The translations under genes were made by a program, and so were the position numbers. A DNA stretch of 64,000 bases, taken from NCBI GenBank assembly GCA_964347945.1, contig CAYGAW010000186.1, forward strand, positions 13,865-77,864. The letters are read 5' to 3'. Numbering within the stretch: position 1 is the first letter of the stretch; each line of letters begins with the position of its first letter. Shown piece by piece: positions 55,764 to 64,000 of the stretch. The stretch is from an uncultured Anaerolineales bacterium. GTDB taxonomy: Bacteria; Chloroflexota; Anaerolineae; UBA7937; B3-Chlor. Under the pieces are notes generated by a model. That model was not told where the DNA came from. It did not search any database and worked only from the letters and a program-made list of their open reading frames with translations.

Positions 55764-55792
55764 TTGACAACCACCTTCCCTGCCAGTATACT
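55764..55792 (+). promoter_or_regulatory. sigma70-like promoter for the ccm operon
   Basis: TTGACA (55764-55769), 17 nt, TATACT (55787-55792). Confidence 0.6.
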
Positions 55793-55835
55793 TTAGGAAT
55801 ATACTCGACTAATGCTCTCAAACCGTGGAGGATAA

Positions 55836-56264
55836 ATGAGTGAATCGGTGTCGAGTTCTGAGTTCTCGACCAAGCGCTTGATGACTGGAGGCCGACTGAA
55901 GTTCTTCATCGGGGGAGCCGTCATTGTCGTAGTGCTTGGATGGCTCATTCTCAGCAATATCGGAGCCGCCAGCGCTCATTATCTGACCGTGGAGGAGATG
56001 TTGGCTCAAGGACCGTCGGACCGAATGGTTAGAGTCTCGGGCCTGGTGGTCGCCGAGACGATTGATTGGGATCCTCAGGAGTTGGTTCTTCGATTCGAAA
56101 TCGCCGATGACGGGGGAAGCCTGCCTGTAGTGTATCACGGTGTCCGTCCCGATATGTTCCAGGATGGAACTCAGGCAGTGGTAGAAGGGAAGTACACGTC
56201 CAGCAATGTCTTCGAGGCGAGCACCTTGCTCCTCAAGTGCCCCTCCAAGTACGTCGAAAAGTAG
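55836..56264 (+). CDS. ccmE: cytochrome c maturation haem chaperone CcmE, Cys-type (CXXXY) variant
   Basis: N-terminal TM, OB-fold core (MVRVSGLVVAETI...LRFEIAD...VVYHGVRPDMFQDGTQAVVEGKY), and C-terminal LLLKCPSKY in place of the canonical HDENY/HxxxY. Confidence 0.9.
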   Translation: MSESVSSSEFSTKRLMTGGRLKFFIGGAVIVVVLGWLILSNIGAASAHYLTVEEMLAQGPSDRMVRVSGLVVAETIDWDPQELVLRFEIADDGGSLPVVYHGVRPDMFQDGTQAVVEGKYTSSNVFEASTLLLKCPSKYVEK

Positions 56265-56298
56265 CCCACTCATACCCCTTCTTCGCTAGGAAACAACA

Positions 56299-58278
56299 AT
56301 GTCTGATGTCGGCTATGGGATCATAGTCTTGTGCCTTGTCGTCTCCTCGTACGGCGCGATAGCCTCCTTCGTGGGGGCCCGTCGCCGCTCCCGTCGGTGG
56401 CTGCAAAGCGCGAAGAATGCCCTCTTGGTGACGATGGTCCTGGTCACCTTTGCGGCAGCAGTGCTCTTCTATCTGCTGCTCGCTCACGATTTCCAGGTAG
56501 CCTACGTCTACCGCTACACGAGCACACACCTTCCACTCATCTACACAATCTCCGCGTTCTGGGCGGGAGAGGCAGGCTCCTGGCTCCTTTGGCTCTGGTT
56601 CCTCGCCATCTTGACGGTGATAGCTGTGCGATACAGTGACAGGTGGGGGAAGCTCGGACCGTACGTCTTGGCCACGCTGGCCGTCAGTGAGGCTTTCTTC
56701 GCCATGGTCTTGATCCTCATAAGCAATCCGTTCGAGACCATGGCGTTCAGGCCAGCCGAGGGAGTGGGCATGCTGCCCCTGCTCGAGAATCCAGGCATGG
56801 TCGTTCATCCGCCGATCCTCTTCCTTGGCTACGCCGGCTACACTGTCCCCTTCGCTTTCGCCCTGGCCGCCCTGATCAGCGGTGAACTGACTGGCGATTG
56901 GATAAGAGCCGTCAGGCCTTGGAACCTCTTTGCCTGGCTCTCTCTGGGAATCGGGATCATCATTGGAGCGTGGTGGGCGTACGTGGAACTCGGCTGGGGC
57001 GGCTACTGGGCCTGGGACCCTGTAGAGAACGCTTCCCTCATCCCGTGGCTGACCGGCACCGCCTTCTTGCACTCAGCGATGATGGAGGAAAGGCGAGGCA
57101 TGCACAAGGTGTGGAACATCGTACTAGCCACGCTTTCCTTCGTCTTGTGCCTGTTTGCGACCCTTGTGACCAGAGGTGGCATCATCGTCTCCGATCTCCA
57201 TGGCTTTTCGCGCAGTCTTCAGCCCATCGCCTATCTTCTGCTAGGCCTCATAGCAATCATCTTGGGGGTTACCTCCTACCTTATGTACCGGCGACGCCAC
57301 CAGCTAAGAGGGGATAGGGACATGGAGAGCCCCGTCTCGCGGGAGGGCGCGTTCCTCCTCATCAACGTGCTCCTATGCGGTATGGCGCTCATAGTCTTCA
57401 TAGGCACCACGTATCCCACCTTCGCCCAGGCCTTTCGGGGGATTCAGGTCAGCCTCGATGCCTCCTTCTTCAATCGAGCTACCGGCCCCCTCGCCCTGGC
57501 GCTCATCTGCCTGATGGGCATCTGTCCAGTGATCGCGTGGCGCCGGCTGAGCCGCGACAACCGGCGCACCCTTCTTCCCGGAGCCATCGGAGGTCTTGTC
57601 GTCGCCGCTGGACTGTTCTTGTTTGGGGTGAGTGATCTGCTCCCGCTCATCTCTGCTGCCGTCAGCACCTTCGTTGTCGTGTCGCTGCTGTCGATCTTGG
57701 CACGCGACCTGATGGCTCGGCGCCGCTCAACGGGAGAGGCTTATCCACGCGCCCTACTTACTCTGCTCTCCAGGGCTCACCGCCGTTATGGAGCCTATCT
57801 GGTGCATTTTGGCATCGTGCTGATCACGATTGGAGTCACGGGCACGATGACCTACAAGAGTGAGCAATTCATTGCATTGAAGCCCGGTGGGTCCACAACC
57901 ATCGCAGGGTATGAGCTTCGATACCAAGACTACTCCGTTGAGACGCTGAACCCAGAGCCTGAAACGTATCAAAGCAGAGTACGCTTCGCCACCACTTTGG
58001 ACGTGTATTTGAGCGACTCCAAGGTAGCAACCCTTGTGCCACAGAAGAACTACCACTATGCCCTGGAAAACCCCTGGGTTACGGAAGTGGCTATACGCAG
58101 CAACTTGAAGGAAGACCTCTACGTGATCCTGGCTAGCTTGGATGAGGATGGCCTGGCCGCCTTTCAGATAGTGATTAACCCTCTGGTCAGTTGGCTCTGG
58201 ATCGGCGGCGGCGTCCTGCTTGCTGGCACAGTCATAGCCGCTTGGCCAAGAAGGCGACGGCGGACTGAGGAGAGGTAG
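56299..58278 (+). CDS. ccmF: cytochrome c haem lyase subunit CcmF
   Basis: WWD-type motif WGGYWAWDPVENASLIPWL. 659-aa polytopic protein. Confidence 0.92.
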   Translation: MSDVGYGIIVLCLVVSSYGAIASFVGARRRSRRWLQSAKNALLVTMVLVTFAAAVLFYLLLAHDFQVAYVYRYTSTHLPLIYTISAFWAGEAGSWLLWLWFLAILTVIAVRYSDRWGKLGPYVLATLAVSEAFFAMVLILISNPFETMAFRPAEGVGMLPLLENPGMVVHPPILFLGYAGYTVPFAFALAALISGELTGDWIRAVRPWNLFAWLSLGIGIIIGAWWAYVELGWGGYWAWDPVENASLIPWLTGTAFLHSAMMEERRGMHKVWNIVLATLSFVLCLFATLVTRGGIIVSDLHGFSRSLQPIAYLLLGLIAIILGVTSYLMYRRRHQLRGDRDMESPVSREGAFLLINVLLCGMALIVFIGTTYPTFAQAFRGIQVSLDASFFNRATGPLALALICLMGICPVIAWRRLSRDNRRTLLPGAIGGLVVAAGLFLFGVSDLLPLISAAVSTFVVVSLLSILARDLMARRRSTGEAYPRALLTLLSRAHRRYGAYLVHFGIVLITIGVTGTMTYKSEQFIALKPGGSTTIAGYELRYQDYSVETLNPEPETYQSRVRFATTLDVYLSDSKVATLVPQKNYHYALENPWVTEVAIRSNLKEDLYVILASLDEDGLAAFQIVINPLVSWLWIGGGVLLAGTVIAAWPRRRRRTEER

Positions 58279-58279
58279 A

Positions 58280-59287
58280 ATGCGTGTCAGGTTGATCACC
58301 TTCACAGCTGTCCTCCTTCTGTTGAGCACCACGACTGCCGTTTGGGCCCAAGGGTCGGGTGTGATCGAGGGCCAAGTGTTTGACGGTACGTCAGATGGCG
58401 GACCGCTTGAAGGGCTACGTGTAACGCTCTGGGCCTACGAAGGCCCGGAGCCGCAGACCTCCTTCGAGACGACAACCGACGAAGAAGGGAAATTCCGCTT
58501 CGAAGGCCTCGAGACGGAAGGGTTTGCCTATCAGTTCGAAGTCGAGTATATGGGAGTACAGTACCCCAGTGAGGCAATGGTGTTTCCCGAAGGGGAGAAT
58601 CTCATCTCCATACCCTTCAGCGTCTTTGAATCAACCACCGGTGACGAAGATCTGTCGTTGGAACGAGCCCATCTGATCGTCAGTTTTGAGCCGGGGACCA
58701 TTCGAGTGCAGGAAGTGCAGATCTTCTTGAACGCTGGGAACAAGACATATGTCGGCCCAACACGGGAAGAAGGAGGGGCAACTGCGTACTTCACGCTGCC
58801 CCAGGGTGCTTCCGAGGTGCAACTCATGGGCGGCCTGATGGAGTGCTGCGTAGTGGAGACCGACACAGGATTTGCCTCCACTCAACCTATCTTTCCCGGC
58901 TCGAAGCAGTTTGTCTTCGGTTACGGATTGCAGCACGAGTCTACGACCTATGAGCTTCTTCGACAGATGGTCTACCCCACTGGCTCCATGGACGTTCTGG
59001 TCGCCGATGTGGGGGTGGGCGTAACCGCGCCCGGACTAGTCGAGGGCGAGCGTCTCTCTCGTGAAGGCGGTGATTATCTGCACCTGACCGCACAGAACTT
59101 GACTCCGGCTGATGACGTCGTGATCCAATTCACCAACCTCCCCGTGGGGGCTGCGCCCGAGCCACAAGCGTCCCCCGCGATGCCTTCTCCGCTCCTCACC
59201 TGGGCAGTACTGGCGGTCGCCCTCCTGGGCGTCATCATCGCTCTCGCTTACCCCTTCCTCAAGACAAGCCGAGAGGGGAAAGGGTAG
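58280..59287 (+). CDS. secreted, C-terminally TM-anchored protein with CarboxypepD_reg-like N-terminal domain, embedded in the ccm operon
   Basis: Signal peptide, GVIEGQVFDG...LRVTLWAY...TTDEEGKFRFEGL (carboxypeptidase-regulatory-like beta-sandwich), a vicinal Cys pair (MECCVVE), and a C-terminal TM. Tightly packed between ccmF and ccmA. Confidence 0.75.
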   Translation: MRVRLITFTAVLLLLSTTTAVWAQGSGVIEGQVFDGTSDGGPLEGLRVTLWAYEGPEPQTSFETTTDEEGKFRFEGLETEGFAYQFEVEYMGVQYPSEAMVFPEGENLISIPFSVFESTTGDEDLSLERAHLIVSFEPGTIRVQEVQIFLNAGNKTYVGPTREEGGATAYFTLPQGASEVQLMGGLMECCVVETDTGFASTQPIFPGSKQFVFGYGLQHESTTYELLRQMVYPTGSMDVLVADVGVGVTAPGLVEGERLSREGGDYLHLTAQNLTPADDVVIQFTNLPVGAAPEPQASPAMPSPLLTWAVLAVALLGVIIALAYPFLKTSREGKG

Positions 59288-60013
59288 ATGATCCAGGTCC
59301 AGAGCTTGGTAAAGTCATTTGGCCACACCTATGCCCTGCGAGACGTCCATCTAGAGGTACCGGAGGGCCAGTTCCTGACCATTGTGGGCCCCAACGGCGC
59401 TGGCAAGACGACTCTGCTGCGTATTCTGGCGACGTTGCTCAAACCCACCAGCGGCCTGGTGCGAATTGACGGCCTTGATCCAGGTTCGGCCAGCGCCGAG
59501 ATACGGCGGCGCATAGGCTTCGTTTCCCATCAATCCCTGACCTACTCCAAGCTGACAGTGGAAGAGAACCTCACCTTCTATGGCAGGATCTACGATGTAC
59601 CCGCTCTCAAAGAGCGGGTGGAGACGCTCCTGAGTCTGGTGGGGCTCGAAGCACGCCGCCACGACCCAGCCCGCGCGCTGTCTCGGGGCATGAGGCAACG
59701 CCTCTCCATTGCCCGAGCCATCGTCCATGAACCGTCACTCATGCTCCTGGATGAGCCCTATACCGGCCTCGATCAGCAAGCTGCCGAGATGCTACGACAT
59801 CTGCTCCAGACCGTTACCAGCGAGTCCCGAACGGTGATCATGACCACTCACAACCTGCAGAGGGCCGTGGACCTGTGCGATACCGCAGTTATCCTGGCGA
59901 AGGGCAGTGTCGTCTATCAGGCCAAAGGTGCCTCTCTGACCTTGGACGACCTCAGGCAAGCCTACTGGCATCATGTGGGAGACGGATCAATACAGGAGGC
60001 ACCCACCACATGA
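59288..60013 (+). CDS. ccmA: haem exporter ATP-binding protein CcmA
   Basis: ABC cassette ([32 protein letters not shown]) directly upstream of ccmB and ccmC. Confidence 0.9.
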   Translation: MIQVQSLVKSFGHTYALRDVHLEVPEGQFLTIVGPNGAGKTTLLRILATLLKPTSGLVRIDGLDPGSASAEIRRRIGFVSHQSLTYSKLTVEENLTFYGRIYDVPALKERVETLLSLVGLEARRHDPARALSRGMRQRLSIARAIVHEPSLMLLDEPYTGLDQQAAEMLRHLLQTVTSESRTVIMTTHNLQRAVDLCDTAVILAKGSVVYQAKGASLTLDDLRQAYWHHVGDGSIQEAPTT

Positions 60014-60681
60014 GGCTCTGGAGCAAGGTGTTAGCTATCGTCTGGAAGGACGTCCTGGCAGAACTGCGCACCAGAGAGATGTTCAGTTCAATGCTGGTCT
60101 TCGCCCTGCTGGTCATCGTCATCTTCAACTTCAGCTTTGAGTTGCGAGTGGAGAATGTAGCGCTGGTGGCGCCGGGAGTCCTCTGGGTGACCTTTGCTTT
60201 CGCCAGCACCCTGGAGTTGAACCGCTCCATGGCCATGGAGACGGAGAACGATTGCCTGGACGGACTATTCCTGGCCCCGATGGACCGTGGTGTCATCTAC
60301 TTCGGCAAGATGCTCGGCAACCTCATCTTTATCTCCGCCATCGAAGCTATCATGCTGCCCATATTCTCCGTTCTCTTCAACCTCAACCTGATCCAACTCC
60401 CCCTGCTGCTCACCATCTTCCTGGGCACCATTGGCTTCGCTGCAGTCGGTACGCTTCTGGCGGCCATGGCAGTCAACACCCGGGCGCGAGAGGTGATGCT
60501 GCCTGTTCTCCTCTTTCCCGTCATCCTGCCCGTGGTCATCGCCGCAGCCAAGGTCACCGGAGGCATCATCGACGGCGTGCCCTTGGCCGAGTTGGCCTAC
60601 TGGTTGAGGTTTCTCGTGGCCTTCGACATCATCTTCCTAGTGGTCTCCTACCTGACCTTCGACTTCGTTGTCCAGGGGTGA
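60010..60681 (+). CDS. ccmB: haem exporter membrane protein CcmB
   Basis: ATGA overlap with ccmA. About 6-TM protein with an E.E.DCLDGL motif region typical of CcmB. Confidence 0.85.
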   Translation: MRLWSKVLAIVWKDVLAELRTREMFSSMLVFALLVIVIFNFSFELRVENVALVAPGVLWVTFAFASTLELNRSMAMETENDCLDGLFLAPMDRGVIYFGKMLGNLIFISAIEAIMLPIFSVLFNLNLIQLPLLLTIFLGTIGFAAVGTLLAAMAVNTRAREVMLPVLLFPVILPVVIAAAKVTGGIIDGVPLAELAYWLRFLVAFDIIFLVVSYLTFDFVVQG

Positions 60682-60709
60682 CCGCAGCCATACGAAAGGA
60701 GTCTCGACG

Positions 60710-61408
60710 ATGGGTAGAAAGTTCAGGGTGGAAGATCTGCTGACCTGGCTGAGCGGGTTGAGCATGATCGCGGCACTCTATCTGGTGTTCTTATACGCAC
60801 CGACGGAGGCCACCATGGGGCACGTGCAGAGGATCTTCTACTTCCATGTTTCCTCGGCATGGGTAGGCTTCTTCGCCTTCTTCGTCACGCTGGTGGCCGG
60901 CATAGTCTACCTCCGTACGGGGAGCCGGAACTGGGACATCGTGGCCCTGTCCTCGGTGGAGATTGGACTTACTTTCACGACCATGGCCGTGATCACAGGG
61001 TCCATCTGGGCCAAGGCTACCTGGAACGCCTGGTGGCCCTGGCAGCAAGAACTTCGCCTGGTCCTGGTCTCAGTCCTCTTGCTCCTGTACTTAGCGTACC
61101 TGATGCTGAGGGCTTTCATTGAGGGGGAAGAGCGCAAGGCCCGTTTCGCTGCGGTGTACGGTATTGTGGCCTTTGCCAGCGTCCCCTTCACCTTCATGTC
61201 AATCCGATGGTGGCAGGGACTTCACCCCGTGGTCTTCGAGAGAGAAGGCATGAACTTAACGCCGGCCATGCTGGCCACCTTTCTCTTCTGCCTCCTGGCC
61301 TTCACGATCCTCTACTTCACATTGCTGATCCATCGCATCCGCTTAGGAAGACTCGCGGACCAAGTAGAGGGCCTGCAAGAGAAGCTCCGTCCTGGAGAAG
61401 GGGGATAG
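60710..61408 (+). CDS. ccmC: haem exporter/haem-handling protein CcmC
   Basis: Trp-rich loop WAKATWNAWWPWQQELRL (WWD family) and conserved His residues in the flanking loops. AAAGGAG SD 8 nt upstream. Confidence 0.88.
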   Translation: MGRKFRVEDLLTWLSGLSMIAALYLVFLYAPTEATMGHVQRIFYFHVSSAWVGFFAFFVTLVAGIVYLRTGSRNWDIVALSSVEIGLTFTTMAVITGSIWAKATWNAWWPWQQELRLVLVSVLLLLYLAYLMLRAFIEGEERKARFAAVYGIVAFASVPFTFMSIRWWQGLHPVVFEREGMNLTPAMLATFLFCLLAFTILYFTLLIHRIRLGRLADQVEGLQEKLRPGEGG

Positions 61409-61409
61409 T

Positions 61410-61541
61410 ATGTGGTACCTTTTTGCGGCTTATGCCGTGTTCTGGGCCGTGACCTTCGCCTACGTGTTCACGATCGCTTCGAGGCAGAAGAGACTCGAAC
61501 GCGAAATCGACGCGCTGAGAAGATCACTCAAGACGGAGTAG
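61410..61541 (+). CDS. ccmD: probable CcmD (small single-TM haem exporter protein)
   Basis: 43-aa ORF starting 2 nt after the ccmC stop: MWYLFAAYAVFWAVTFAYVFTIASRQKRLEREIDALRRSLKTE. This is a TM helix plus a basic tail, like CcmD. Below the ORF-track cut-off. Confidence 0.55.
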   Translation: MWYLFAAYAVFWAVTFAYVFTIASRQKRLEREIDALRRSLKTE

Positions 61542-61975
61542 TCCTACCGACCTGCGACCCAGAATCCGCTCGACGGAACAGCAGTCCCGGACTCCTGAAT
61601 GCTGCCTCGCCAGTCAGAGTCACATCCCCGATAAGTTTGGCCTGTGGATCCAAGGCCCAGTTCCTGAGGAAGTTGCGCGCCGATCAGTAGAAACAGGGAG
61701 TGGCGAGAATCAGCCTTACCTCCACGGGATCTGTCAGCTCGGCTCTGGCAATCAATCGCGCCCCTCCCGGAATGACTTTCCTCCTCTCGCCATCGTCGAT
61801 TCCTGTTTCTTGAGCGTCATGAGGTTGAATCTCGATCAGCGCCTCACAATACGTCGCGGCCGGGTTACAAGCGCCTCACGTCATCTCGCCACCGCGCCAG
61901 TGGTAAATGACTCTCCCAATGGCCAACATCAGCTGGTACTTGCCGTCGAGCAGTTGCTCCGTTCCACTGATCCAT

Positions 61976-62004
61976 TTGACAGGCGCCGACAGCTGCAGTA
62001 CAAT
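61976..62004 (+). promoter_or_regulatory. sigma70-like promoter for the cooFS leader
   Basis: TTGACA (61976-61981), 17 nt, TACAAT (61999-62004). Confidence 0.6.
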
Positions 62005-62120
62005 TGCTCCGACTCCAGCACCTTTCATCCGATGGTCTGGCATTCGACTGGATGATCAGTCGATTCTCGCAAGGTTGGAGTGTGAGAGAGAGGTGAAGAA
62101 TGTGAAAGCCAGCCAGAACC

Positions 62121-62162
62121 GACCCTTCTGCGAAGGCGGGATGTCGCAGTCGGGTCTTTTTT
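62121..62162 (+). terminator. intrinsic terminator inside the cooFS leader (attenuator candidate)
   Basis: GACCCttCTGCGA-aggcgggatg-TCGCAGtcGGGTC (5 + 6 bp with a 2x2 internal loop) followed by TTTTTT. It ends 36 nt before the cooF ATG. Confidence 0.65.
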
Positions 62163-62198
62163 GCTGCTCCCGCCGACCCACCGAGGAGGTGATTTCTC

Positions 62199-62819
62199 AT
62201 GAAATCAGTGTTTATCAACCCCGAACGCTGCATAGGTTGCAAGCACTGCGAAATAGCCTGTGCGGTCGAGCACTCCCAGAGCAAGAACCTCTACCGGGCA
62301 GTGTTCGAGGAACCTCTGCCGCGACCGCTCATTCACGTTGAACCCGGCCTCTGCCTGAACTCTTCGTTCCCCAACAAGTGTCGCCATTGCGATCCGGCTC
62401 CGTGCATGCAGGTCTGCCCGACTGGTGCCATCTCGCGCAGTGAGGACCTCTCGGAGATAGTTCTGGTTGATGGCAACAAGTGCATCCTCTGCGGAATGTG
62501 CGCTATGGTCTGCCCCTTCGACGTGGTTACCTACGGACGCACCTGGACGGTGAGGCTCCGGAAGGATGTCGCCATCAAGTGCGACCACTGCATCGATCGC
62601 CAGCGCGAAGGGAGGATCCCAGCCTGCGCTGAGGCCTGCAAAGTAGGGGCCTTGCAGTTCGGGGAGGTCAACGAATTGGTGAAACAAGCCCGCACGCGTC
62701 TCTCGGAGGCTGTTTCCATCGCGGTCGGCGAGGTTGAAGCCGAGATGGTCCAGCTCCCCGCACTCTTCGAGGCCTGGCGCGGGTGGGGCGAGATCGTCGA
62801 CCAGCTGAAGAAGCGATAG
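62199..62819 (+). CDS. cooF: CooF-like multi-[4Fe-4S] electron-transfer protein
   Basis: CIGCKHCEIAC, CRHCDPAPCMQVCP, CILCGMCAMVCP, CDHC...CAEACK. Immediately upstream of cooS. Confidence 0.85.
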   Translation: MKSVFINPERCIGCKHCEIACAVEHSQSKNLYRAVFEEPLPRPLIHVEPGLCLNSSFPNKCRHCDPAPCMQVCPTGAISRSEDLSEIVLVDGNKCILCGMCAMVCPFDVVTYGRTWTVRLRKDVAIKCDHCIDRQREGRIPACAEACKVGALQFGEVNELVKQARTRLSEAVSIAVGEVEAEMVQLPALFEAWRGWGEIVDQLKKR

Positions 62820-62836
62820 CCAAGGGAGGAAATCTG

Positions 62837-64000
62837 ATGACCGCGAAGACCAGTGACACGGGTCTTGACGAGTTGACCATCAACAAAGATACACAGGAGA
62901 TGCTCCTCCGGGCACAGGAGGAGCACATCATGACCGTCTGGGATCGCCTGGAGGCTCAGGAGCCCCAGTGCGGCTACTGTGCCCTGGGACTGAGCTGCCG
63001 CAACTGCGCCATGGGTCCTTGTCGGGTTGACCCCTTCGGTGAGGGTCCGCAAAAAGGTGTTTGTGGTGCTGACGCGGACATTATCGTCGCCCGCAACCTG
63101 GCCCGAACCATCGCCGCTGGTGCCGCTTCCCACTCGGACCACGGAAGGGACATCCTGGAACTCCTGTATCACATCGGCGCCGGTGAAACGACTGCGTACC
63201 AAGTAACCGAAGCCGAGAAGTTGAAGCGACTGGCTGGCGAGTACGGGATCGACGTGAAGGGGAAGGAACCCAACGAGATAGCCAAGGACCTGGCTTGGGA
63301 GATGATGGAGGACTTTGGCACTCGTAAGGGCCAGCTGACCTTCGTGAATCGCGTCCCAGAACCCCGGCAAGCTATCTGGGAGAAACTGGGCATCACACCC
63401 CGGGGCATTGACCGGGAGAACGTGGAAGCGCTGCACCGCACGCACATGGGTGTGGATAACGACTACGTCAATATCCTGCTTCACGGCCTGCGGACCGGAC
63501 TCTCCGATGGCTGGGGTGGCTCCATGATTGCCACGGAGCTCTCCGACGTGCTCTTTGGCACTCCGCAGCCCCTCAGTTCCAGGATGAATCTGGGGGCGCT
63601 TGAGGTTGACCAAGTGAACATCGCCCTGCACGGCCACAACCCGATGCTCTCTGACGTCATCGTTCGAGCCGCTCAAGACCCCGAACTGCTCAAACTTGCC
63701 GAGGAGAAGGGAGCGAAGGGCATTAATCTGGTGGGACTGTGCTGCACTGGCAACGAATTGCTGATGCGCCGAAACGTACCAATGGCCGGTAGTAACCTGA
63801 TGCAAGAACTGGTGATCATGACCGGCGCATTGGATGCGATGGTAGTGGACTACCAGTGCATCATGCCGGCCGTGACCGATGTGGCTAGATGCTACCATAC
63901 CGAGGTGATTTCCACCTTCGACAAAGCCAAGTTCCCAGATGCAACACACGTCCCCTTCGACCCCAAACGAGGAATGGAGATCGGTAGGGAAATCGTGGGC
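62837..64000 (+). CDS. cooS: anaerobic Ni-dependent carbon monoxide dehydrogenase catalytic subunit (3' end outside window)
   Basis: My translation from ATG 62837 (AGGGAGGA SD) gives ...CGYCALGLSCRNCAMGPCRV...GVCGADADIIVARNLARTIAAGAASHSDHGRD. These are the B/D-cluster Cys motifs and conserved segments of CooS/AcsA. The frame is open to the window end and is absent from the ORF track because there is no stop. Confidence 0.92.
   Translation, partial: MTAKTSDTGLDELTINKDTQEMLLRAQEEHIMTVWDRLEAQEPQCGYCALGLSCRNCAMGPCRVDPFGEGPQKGVCGADADIIVARNLARTIAAGAASHSDHGRDILELLYHIGAGETTAYQVTEAEKLKRLAGEYGIDVKGKEPNEIAKDLAWEMMEDFGTRKGQLTFVNRVPEPRQAIWEKLGITPRGIDRENVEALHRTHMGVDNDYVNILLHGLRTGLSDGWGGSMIATELSDVLFGTPQPLSSRMNLGALEVDQVNIALHGHNPMLSDVIVRAAQDPELLKLAEEKGAKGINLVGLCCTGNELLMRRNVPMAGSNLMQELVIMTGALDAMVVDYQCIMPAVTDVARCYHTEVISTFDKAKFPDATHVPFDPKRGMEIGREIVG

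Noticed and set aside
61810-62341. Track ORFs 61810-62055 (+), 61907-62341 (+) and 61865-62284 (-), plus a 50-aa minus-strand ORF (MKGAGVGAIVLQLS...), lie in the ccmD-cooF gap.
   Set aside because: They overlap one another, lack SD sequences and recognisable motifs, and span a promoter and an intrinsic terminator. The region is better explained as a non-coding leader.

Overview
GC-rich bacterial chromosomal segment. I saw no rRNA, CRISPR array or mobile element. All functional calls come from motif recognition by eye, with no database search. A T-box leader, DnaD/DnaI-type helicase loaders, lipobox- or TM-anchored multihaem cytochromes and clean TTGACA-N17-TATAAT-like promoters suggest a monoderm-type lineage such as Chloroflexota, but this is inference only.

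Gene content, left to right:
- 3' end of a [NiFe]-hydrogenase large subunit plus its maturation protease.
- Regulatory and housekeeping genes: HD-GYP response regulator, DUF4446, M23 peptidase + bactofilin, Crp-family regulator, lgt, M28-like peptidase, OmpR-type two-component system, PD40 lipoprotein, HlyD-like adaptor, saccharopine dehydrogenase.
- Two tandem paralogous small secreted proteins.
- A replication operon: bifunctional nuclease, dnaB, DnaD-like protein, and a fused double DnaC/DnaI loader.
- leuS behind a T-box leader interleaved with two tRNA-Ala genes.
- PadR + ECF transporter, a SWIM protein, sppA, an SDR epimerase, cspA.
- A c-type cytochrome island from about 34 to 61.5 kb. 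It holds a decayed ccmE copy and two convergent paralogous molybdopterin/FeS/NrfD modules wired to four multihaem cytochromes (9, 10, 10 and 8 CXXCH). It also holds a TorD-ferredoxin fusion, a sensor kinase with two CXXCH motifs, a NarL-type regulator, a degenerate receiver, and a System I ccm operon with a Cys-type (CXXXY) CcmE.
- cooF and the 5' part of cooS (Ni-CODH) behind a terminator-containing leader, at the right edge.

Most unusual observations:
1. A complete tRNA-Ala gene sits inside an otherwise canonical Leu-specific T-box riboswitch.
2. The duplicated Qrc/Psr-like cytochrome modules differ at the putative Mo ligand: one paralogue has lost the Cys, and only the other cluster has a TorD-like chaperone.
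3. A single polypeptide contains two DnaC/DnaI AAA+ loader domains.
4. Terminator-containing leaders precede cooFS and the SWIM gene.
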